From Vicinamibacterales bacterium (lineage in GTDB: Bacteria; Acidobacteriota; Vicinamibacteria; Vicinamibacterales; JAMQPK01): a stretch of 64,000 nt of DNA. The translations under genes and the position numbers were made by a program. This document shows positions 54,640-64,000 of this stretch, one piece after another. The DNA lies in NCBI GenBank assembly GCA_963744405.1, contig CAVUTO010000018.1:881-64880 (forward strand), given 5' to 3'. The notes under the pieces were generated by a model. It was not told the origin of the DNA. It was given only the letters and a program-made list of their open reading frames with translations, and did not search any database. Each line of letters begins with the position of its first letter. Position 1 is the first letter of the stretch.

Positions 54640-57441
54640 TCAGTGCTTTGTCGCCGACGCAATGCGGCGTAGCTCGTCGAAGAAGTTGAAGATGAAGACG
54701 AGCTTGTCCGGCCGATCCTCGGCCTGACCTTCGGTCGCCACGGCGCCGGCCACTCGCTCGCCGTCCGGATGAAGGTCCATCATGCGCCGAAATGTCGGGA
54801 CCGGGCCCAGTAGGATCCGTCGCTCGGTCCAGAGCTTTGGCGCTTCGGCCCTGAACGAATCCCCTACTACTGTGTACGACGCCGCCATGATCTGATTGTC
54901 GAGCGTGAGATAGAGCAGCTCATCTTTCGCCCGCGACCATATTGGCCCCTGACCGCCACCGTTGGATACTCGCCAACTGCCCTCTCGCTTCGGAAACGGG
55001 CGCACGTGCACCTCAAACCTCCCGGACTCGTTCGATTGGTAGGCGAGCCAGCGCCCATCCGGCGAGAAAGACGGTGCGACCTCGGCAGCAGGCGTATTCA
55101 AGAAGGCATAAGGCTTTCCCGGTTTCCACCCTGAAACCCCATCGCCCTCCATCGGGAGGATCATCAGGTCCGCAACGTTTTGAGAACCTTCCTGGAAGGC
55201 CAGGAACCGGCCATGCCATGAACCCGTGGCTACGGCGCTCAGTGATGCGCTGTCGGTCAGTTGCTCTGGGTCACCGCCGCCGTCAGCGCGGACCAGGTAA
55301 AGATTCACCCGCCCATCGGCGACACGATTCGAGACGAAAGCTATGTGCTGGCCGTCTGGCGTCCACACAGGCATGCTGTCAGGCTGGGCATCAACCGTGA
55401 GGTGGGTCAGCTTGTCTCGCGCCCAGTCGTACACGGCGATGTCTCTCTGGCCGTTGTCGATGATGTCCATCGCCACACGTGTACCATCCGGTGAAAACTG
55501 CGGATGACTCCAGTTTGCGAGTGTGGCTCGAAGGGGAGTGATCTTTCCGTCACGTGTCAGCCATTCGATCGGGAGGTCCGTGGACGAGGTCTGCCAGGGC
55601 CGGTAGACTGCCTTGCCATCTGCCGCAAAAGCGAACTGAGCAGCACCGGTGCTGCGAGTCTCCGCAATGTTCTCGATGACCGGCCTCCCCGTGCCGGTCA
55701 TCAACGTCACGAGATCGAACGGCGCAGCAAACAGCGTCCCTTTGTGCACGTAGACCAGATGGCCGCTCGGCACATATCTCCCGAAGCTTCCACCGCGCTG
55801 GACGATCTTGCGCGGTCCGTTCGGCAGCGTTTGAACGACGATGTTGGCATCGGCGTAGTTGTTCGCGCGGTTGTGCGCGGTGTACAGGATTGCTCTCGCT
55901 CCTGGAAGCACCTGGGGCCATCGGTGCGTGACTTCGTCGTCTGCTAAGGTCGTCGCCGGTTGCGGCGTGCCGCCATCGGCCGACACACGCAATAGCGAAT
56001 TCCGCGGCGAGGAGACGGAGCTTGCGAGGCTGAACAGGATGTCACCGTCCTCGCCCCAGGCGCCGCCACGCGGGTCTGGGGCGTCGCAGATCGGGACGAC
56101 CGCGCCACCGGCGACCGGCACTTTTTTCAGCTTGCCTTCCGCGAAGAACCCAATCCACAGCCCGTCGGGCGAGAAAAAGGGTAACGAGGCACCGGCCGTG
56201 CCAGGAAGGGCGACCGCCTGCAACTGCTCGAGCGGCCGGCGGTACAACTGACTCGACCCATTACTAATCCCCGGAAACGCCAGCACGGACCCATCCGGCG
56301 AGAGCGCCAGACCGGCATTCGGCGAAATGTCGCCGTCCATTCCTAACTCCGCGCTGAGTCGATGCGGTGACACAAGAGCGGGCTGGGACTGCCAAGGCGC
56401 CCAAGGCGAGATGGCGATCCACACCGCCAACGCGAGGACACTGGCGAAGGCTAACGCGATTTTAGGCCGCGAGAACGGCTTCGGCGTAGAGCTGACCTCA
56501 GCGACTTGCTCGGCGCCGACTTCAGCGATCTCCAGCCGCGCGTCGGCGATGTCGCTGAGTCGCTGATGACGATCCTTGGCCAGGCACCGCCGAAGCATCC
56601 GGCGGATCGACGCGGGGGTGGACGCTGGGAGCGCCGACCATGCCGGTTCTTTGGTGATGACGAACGCCAGCGTGTCAGACACCTCATCGCCCGCGAACGC
56701 GCGGACGCCGGTCAACATCTCATAGAGCACGCAGCCGAACGCCCAGATATCGGTGCGTTTGTCGACGGGCTTTCCCAGCGCCTGTTCGGGGCTCATGTAC
56801 GCCGCCGTGCCCAGGATGATCCCCGCTTGCGTCATCGCTTGCGTGATCGTCGGTGACGGCGACACGTTCGGCGCACGACCGACGGGTTCCATCGCCTTCG
56901 CCAACCCGAAGTCCAGCACCTTCACCGTGCCGTCGGCACGGACCTTGATATTCGCGGGCTTCAGATCGCGATGGATGATCCCCTGCTCGTGCGCCGCTTC
57001 GAGCGCGTCGGCGATCTGTTTCGCGATCGGCAACGCCTCGTCCATGGGGATCGCTCCGCGTGCGATGCGCTGTGACAGGTCCTCGCCCGTCACCAACTCC
57101 ATGACGAGAGCGTGGGCATCACCTGTCTGCTCGAGCCCGTGGATGATGGCGATGTTGGGATGATTCAACGACGCGAGGGTCTGGGCTTCGCGGATGAAAC
57201 GTGCGAGCCGTTCGGCGTCGCGCACGAAGAGATCGGGCAGGACCTTGATCGCAACATCGCGGTGGAGCTTCGTGTCCGTGGCGCGATAGACCTCGCCCAT
57301 GCCGCCCGCGCCCAGCTTTTCAGTGATGTGATAGACCCCGATCGATTTGCCGATCAGGTCGACACCCAGATGTCGAATGGCCGATTCCAAGCGTCCGCTC
57401 GCCAGAAAGTCGGGCGGTACGGCCTGCTCGTCACTCATCAC
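54640..57441 (-). CDS. Ser/Thr protein kinase with a TM helix and a large PD40/TolB-like beta-propeller domain (intact)
   Basis: '[13 protein letters not shown]', 'HRDLKPANIKV', 'DFGLAK' and 'GTAAYMSPEQ'. Propeller repeats 'FSPDGTRVAMD', 'WTPDGQHIAFVSNR' and 'FSPDGRWLAYQSNESGRFEVHVRPFP'. It ends 'FIFNFFDELRRI'. Confidence 0.85.
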   Translation of the reverse strand: MMSDEQAVPPDFLASGRLESAIRHLGVDLIGKSIGVYHITEKLGAGGMGEVYRATDTKLHRDVAIKVLPDLFVRDAERLARFIREAQTLASLNHPNIAIIHGLEQTGDAHALVMELVTGEDLSQRIARGAIPMDEALPIAKQIADALEAAHEQGIIHRDLKPANIKVRADGTVKVLDFGLAKAMEPVGRAPNVSPSPTITQAMTQAGIILGTAAYMSPEQALGKPVDKRTDIWAFGCVLYEMLTGVRAFAGDEVSDTLAFVITKEPAWSALPASTPASIRRMLRRCLAKDRHQRLSDIADARLEIAEVGAEQVAEVSSTPKPFSRPKIALAFASVLALAVWIAISPWAPWQSQPALVSPHRLSAELGMDGDISPNAGLALSPDGSVLAFPGISNGSSQLYRRPLEQLQAVALPGTAGASLPFFSPDGLWIGFFAEGKLKKVPVAGGAVVPICDAPDPRGGAWGEDGDILFSLASSVSSPRNSLLRVSADGGTPQPATTLADDEVTHRWPQVLPGARAILYTAHNRANNYADANIVVQTLPNGPRKIVQRGGSFGRYVPSGHLVYVHKGTLFAAPFDLVTLMTGTGRPVIENIAETRSTGAAQFAFAADGKAVYRPWQTSSTDLPIEWLTRDGKITPLRATLANWSHPQFSPDGTRVAMDIIDNGQRDIAVYDWARDKLTHLTVDAQPDSMPVWTPDGQHIAFVSNRVADGRVNLYLVRADGGGDPEQLTDSASLSAVATGSWHGRFLAFQEGSQNVADLMILPMEGDGVSGWKPGKPYAFLNTPAAEVAPSFSPDGRWLAYQSNESGRFEVHVRPFPKREGSWRVSNGGGQGPIWSRAKDELLYLTLDNQIMAASYTVVGDSFRAEAPKLWTERRILLGPVPTFRRMMDLHPDGERVAGAVATEGQAEDRPDKLVFIFNFFDELRRIASATKH

Positions 57442-57587
57442 TTATCACCCATCACCGTTCGCGTCATCCACCGGTAGGGGCAAGGGCCAGACTTCTGCAG
57501 ATTATAGGGTAGTTGCTCCCGGCGAAGGGGATTACTCCTGCCTGAGGCAGTCCATCCCTCGGGCGACGTTAACGCAGGACGCACGAC

Positions 57588-57616
57588 TTGCTTAGCTAAG
57601 CGCGCCTAGCTAAGAT
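57588..57616 (+). promoter_or_regulatory. Candidate promoter/operator of the vapBC-like operon
   Basis: TTGCTT-N17-TAAGAT ends 10 nt before the GTG at 57627. It overlaps two TAGCTAAG half-sites (57592-57600, part of the perfect palindrome CTTAGCTAAG, and 57606-57614). Confidence 0.35.
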
Positions 57617-57626
57617 CGAAGAGACC

Positions 57627-57860
57627 GTGGCGAAGCCTCATTCCATCCATGCCGCCAAGACCCATCTGTCGCGCCTGGTCGAACGCGCAGAACGCGGAGA
57701 AGAAGTAATCATCGCGCGTGGATCGACACCCGTCGTGCGTTTGACCCGCCTGCGGGCAGAACGGCCCGCCCGCCGGTTCGGCGCCATGCGCGGCCGCGCC
57801 CGCGTCACGCGGGCCTTCTTCGAGCCGCTCCCGGAATCCGAGCTCAAGCGCTGGGAGTAG
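57627..57860 (+). CDS. Phd/YefM-type antitoxin
   Basis: 'IHAAKTHLSRLVERAERGEEVIIARGSTPVVRL'. It ends 3 nt before the PIN gene. Confidence 0.75.
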   Translation: MAKPHSIHAAKTHLSRLVERAERGEEVIIARGSTPVVRLTRLRAERPARRFGAMRGRARVTRAFFEPLPESELKRWE

Positions 57861-57863
57861 CCG

Positions 57864-58250
57864 GTGCGCCTGCTGCTGGACACTCATGCACTGCTCTGGT
57901 GGCTGGATGGCGACCGCCGGTTGTCACTGAAAGCACGCCGTGCGATAGCCAATCAGTCGAACACGATCCTTGTCAGCGCCGCCTCCGCGTGGGAGATCGC
58001 CACAAAGGCGCGCCTCGGCAAGCTGCCCGGTGCGACGGATGTCGCAGCGGACGTTGCGGCGTGCGTCGCCGGCCAGGGCTTTCTGCCGCTGGACATCACG
58101 CTGCTCCACGCACAGAGGGCCGGTCGACTGCCTGGCGAACACAGAGACCCGTTCGACCGAATGCTCATCGCGCAGAGCCAAATGGAGGACATCGCGCTCC
58201 TCAGCGACGACGAGGCCTTCGACAACTTCGACGTCCGCCGATTCTGGTAG
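57864..58250 (+). CDS. vapC: VapC-family PIN-domain toxin
   Basis: 'LLLDTHALLWWL', 'LVSAASAWEIATK', 'HRDPFDRMLIAQS' and 'LLSDDEAF' carry the PIN acidic residues. The frame is intact at 128 aa. Confidence 0.8.
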   Translation: MRLLLDTHALLWWLDGDRRLSLKARRAIANQSNTILVSAASAWEIATKARLGKLPGATDVAADVAACVAGQGFLPLDITLLHAQRAGRLPGEHRDPFDRMLIAQSQMEDIALLSDDEAFDNFDVRRFW

Positions 58251-58370
58251 CTCACTCGACCGGCCGAAAGGCATCAAGGGAACTCGCAACGTAGCGCGAA
58301 GCGGCTGGCTCTCGTTGAGCTGCGGCCGAATTACTCCCGAACTGGCGGGTGAGTGGATTACGCGGGCCGA

Positions 58371-61072
<2,702 letters not shown>

Positions 61073-61139
61073 GCGATCTTCGTGGATTATACGGGTCGAC
61101 GCGACCACGCGGACGGTATTACTCCCGATCACGGTAGGA

Positions 61140-61214
61140 CTCTATCGGGAGTGACTCGGCGCGCGACGCACGCTTCAAGCCCGCACCTCGATCGCCGAGT
61201 CACTTTCGATAGAG
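61140..61214. other. Conserved end-proximal hairpin of IS copy 2
   Basis: Arms CTCTATCGGGAGTGACTCGGCG and CGCCGAGTCACTTTCGATAGAG. Relative to copy 1 the paired positions changed together (C:G to T:A), while the loop sequence diverged. Confidence 0.5.
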
Positions 61215-61449
61215 CCGTTTGGACCAAGCCGCTGGCGTCTGCGGCGGACGCGGCCCCTCAGCTATGTGCGTTCAATCGTGGGAGCCCCGGACGTAGGGAC
61301 TTCCATCTACCCAATGGAGATCGCGAAATCCACATGCGCAGGAGTCATCGCACGCCGGGTGCGGGTCGTCAATCGTGGCGATTTGCCACACCTCCGGCGC
61401 ACGCGCGTCCGAGCGCGACGGCGAGCGGGTGGCGGGACATGGACGCGGC

Positions 61450-62632
61450 TTACGAGGTGTCATAAAAGACGTCTGCCAGGAGCGCTTCAACGAAGAGCTG
61501 TCGCGCGGTTTGGCGTTACGATGCGAGTAGGCGCCCCGCAACGAGGGCACGGCCACGACGCTCGTGGCCGCGCGGTGATGAGCGGTTCGGCCGGTGGTGT
61601 TGGGGCGCCCGCGAGCGCCTGACGACAGTGGGCCAGCCCGCGGGTACGAGCGCGTGAGGCGAGGAAGCCAAAGTAGCGGATGCGGACGAAGCGCTTCGGC
61701 AGCACATGGAGGAGAAAGCGTCGGAGAAACTCGTCGGCGTCGAGCGTGAGGGTGCGGATCTGACTCCCATGCCGGTAGTCCTTCCATCGAAACGAGACGG
61801 TGTCGTCAGTCACGATGACGAGCCGGTGGTTGGAAATGGCGACGCGGTGGGTGTAGCGCGCGAGGTAGTGCAGCACGTAGGCAGGACTGCTAAAGGGCGG
61901 CTTGGCATAGATCACCCACGACTGGCGATAGAGCGATCGGAGAAACGCGCGGAAGGCGGACTCGGCGGCCAACGACTGTAAGGTGCCAGGAAACGAGAGC
62001 CGCCCTTGGTGAAATGCTGCGCGCAAGCCGGCGACGAGTTTCCCGCGAAAGACCTGGCGCAGCACCTTCACGGGCAGAAAGAAAGTCGGTCGCGCGTGGA
62101 TCCACGCGCGCCATGGGCGACAAGCCGCCAGCAGGTACCACGCAGTGGACGTGGGGGTGATGCTGGAGGCGCTGGCCCCAGGTGTGGAGGACCATCAGTC
62201 CGCCAATCGCGGCGCCCAGGCGTTTCGGATTCGCCGCGACCTGGAGCAAGGTCGCGGCGGTGGCGTGAAACAGCAGGTGGTAGACGACGCGTTTATTGGG
62301 CAGCGCAAGCCGTGCGAGCGGTTCCGGCACCGTGAAGACGACGTGGACGTAGCCGACGGGCAGGAGCTCGTGCTCCCGCGCGGTCACCCAGGCGTTGCGG
62401 GCGGCTGTGAGGCACTTCGGGCAATGCCGATCGCGACAGCTGTTGTACGAGAGCGCCGACTGCGCGCACTGCTCGCAGCGATCGCGATGCCCGCCGAGTG
62501 CCGCGGTGCGACACTGGGCGATGGCCCGAAGGACGGCCGATGGTGCCCGGTCACCCAGGTGCAGTGCGTCTCCAAGAAACGATCGCCGTGTTGGCGCACG
62601 ATGTCGGCCACCTCGAAGGGTGGCCGGGTCAT
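61450..62632 (-). pseudogene. IS91-family Y2 transposase, frame-disrupted
   Basis: 'MTRPPFEVADIVRQHGDRFLETHC', 'CEQCAQSALSYNSCRDRHCPKC', 'HPHVHCVVPAGG' and 'HYLARYTHRVAISNHR'. There is a 2-nt deletion near 62100 and a shift near 61500. Confidence 0.7.
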
Positions 62633-63521
62633 CGCTGGTGCTTGAGCCGCGTGCGTCGCGCGGTGTCGGGCGCCGAGAGGTTGAGCGCGTCCAAGGGACT
62701 CGCGACGGCTTGGAGATGTTTTTGGGAGAGATGGAGATAGAGCACGGTATGCCGGATCTCCACGTGGCCGAGGAGGAGCTGAATCGTCCGGAGGTCCGCA
62801 CCACTTTCAAGTAGGTGCGTGGCGAAGGAATGGCGCAACAGGTGAGGTGAGCAGGGCTTGCGCAAGCCGGCGCGCCGGGCCGCGACGACGCACGCGTCCC
62901 AGAGGACCTTGGGTGTGATGGGCTTGTCGGCGCGCCAGCCGTCGACGGTCCCCGGAAACAGCCACGTCTTCGGCCGCATCCACCGGTAGTAGGCGCGCAG
63001 CGTGGTGAGGAGCGTCGGACTGAGCGGCACATACCGATCGCGTCCCCCTTTACCCCGTTGGATGTGGATGAGCATGCGCCGGCTGTCGATGTCGGCGACC
63101 TGCAGCTGACGCAGCTCCGCGTTGCGCATGCCGGTCGAGGTACAGAACCATCAGCATCGTGCGGTGCGACAGACTGTCGGCGGCGTCGATCAAGCGCGCG
63201 ACCTCCTCGACGCTCAGGATCTGCGGCAACCGACGCGGGGCTTTGGGATAGGGCGTGTCGTCGAGCAGGTACCGACGCTTCAGCGTCTTCACGAAGAAGA
63301 AGCGCAACGCCGCAACGTGGAGGCGAACCGTCAGCGGTTGCATCTTCCGCTGGCGCAGCAGATACGCTTGGTAGGACCGGAAATGCGTCTGATTCAGCCG
63401 GTCAGGTCGGCACTTGAAATGTCGGGCGAATTGCTCGACGGCGTGAAGATAGGACGAGATGGTCGTGGGGGCGAGTTCGGCGCTGGAGCTCCTCCAACAT
63501 GATGTGGCGGCAATGGGTCAC
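62629..63521 (-). pseudogene. Tyrosine recombinase, frame-disrupted
   Basis: The C-terminal half is intact in ORF 62629-63129 ('GKGGRDRYVPLSP...HLLRHSFATHLLESGADLRTIQLLLGHVEIRHTVLYLH'). The N-terminal part is broken near 63120 and 63470. The ATGA overlap links it to the transposase start. Confidence 0.7.
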
Positions 63522-63642
63522 AAGACACCTCCTGTGACCCCCACGCTACCCGGTCGGTCGAGCGAGGCTTACGCGTAGCGTCCGCCGCGCCAGCGGCTTG
63601 GTCCTAACGCCGTAGGGTAGACCGATCCTGCGGTCCTGTTGA

Positions 63643-63791
63643 GCGGCCGGCTAGCACTCGTCCGACAGTGACGCGTTTCGCAGCCCTGATGGCGGGTGGC
63701 GCCGATTTTTCTTTGTCCGCCGCGCAGGGCCGTCTCACGTACACGCGTTTGTCGGCCCGAGGACGGGCAAAGGAAAATCGGCGACAGGACC
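63643..63791 (+). repeat. Structured intergenic repeat, copy C (long form)
   Basis: See 54410-54561. It lies 16 nt after the IS right end and 33 nt before the ATG at 63825. Confidence 0.6.
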
Positions 63792-63824
63792 CGTGCTATT
63801 GGTTAAGTCAGGTCGGAGTGAACC

Positions 63825-64000
63825 ATGAACGTGTTTCTGCGGAAGCTACGTGGCGTCGTTGCGACCGGCCTGATCTGGTGCCCTTTTTGGGCGGCGCTGT
63901 TCGCTGTTCTGGTCGGCATGATCGCGATCTTCCTCCCCTTCCGAGGTGATGTAGGACCGATCAGAGTGATCACGACTATCGGGTGGGTCGGTTTTGTGTC
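63825..64000 (+). CDS. Hypothetical membrane protein, 5' part (runs off the window)
   Basis: The ATG at 63825 opens 'MNVFLRKLRGVVATGLIWCPFWAALFAVLVGMIAIFLPFRGDVGPIRVITTIGWVGFV' with no stop before the window end. Two hydrophobic helices are present. It is absent from the ORF track because it is open-ended. Confidence 0.35.
   Translation, partial: MNVFLRKLRGVVATGLIWCPFWAALFAVLVGMIAIFLPFRGDVGPIRVITTIGWVGFV

Larger units (their letters stand above)
61130..63627 (-). mobile_element. Copy 2 of the tyrosine recombinase + IS91-family transposase element, decayed
   Basis: Collinear with 14887-17423 at roughly 90-93% identity by eye. It has the same IRs, hairpin and gene overlap, but a different set of indels. 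Confidence 0.75.

Overview
High-GC segment (roughly two-thirds G+C by eye, not computed). The gene content looks acidobacterial, which is an inference. It includes many Hanks-type Ser/Thr kinases fused to PD40/TolB-like beta-propellers, PxKF/MBG surface proteins, a PVC-type haem-binding dehydrogenase, Tat-signal hydrolases, sulfatases and PQQ dehydrogenases. I found no rRNA, tRNA or CRISPR array, and no recognisable complete defence or secretion system.

The main features are:
(1) Two diverged, decayed copies of a two-gene mobile element (tyrosine recombinase + IS91-like HUH-Y2 transposase) lie in direct orientation at 14.9-17.4 kb and 61.1-63.6 kb. They bracket about 44 kb. Both carry a conserved end-proximal hairpin that shows one compensatory base change between copies.
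(2) A family of short structured intergenic repeats has a 36-nt core present five times, always in the same orientation. Three copies are long inverted-repeat versions whose helix contains G-U wobbles. It is mixed with a second repeat module, a 97-bp palindrome built from TTGGTAGATT units, and a G-quadruplex-prone tract.
(3) There is an expanded kinase paralog set: six genes, two heavily frame-disrupted, plus fragments. It includes a tandem pair with an almost identical leader and 5' end.
(4) A patch of gene remnants at 35.5-36.3 kb includes a 435-bp, 98% identical copy of a sulfatase 3' end.
(5) One intact and one degenerate vapBC-like toxin-antitoxin locus are present.
(6) A tight five-gene minus-strand cluster at 46.2-54.3 kb ends in a cytochrome c-fused PQQ dehydrogenase.

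About 30 single-base frame disruptions affect roughly 20 genes. From sequence alone I cannot separate real pseudogenisation from assembly or polishing indels. All homology calls are by-eye motif recognition, with no database search.
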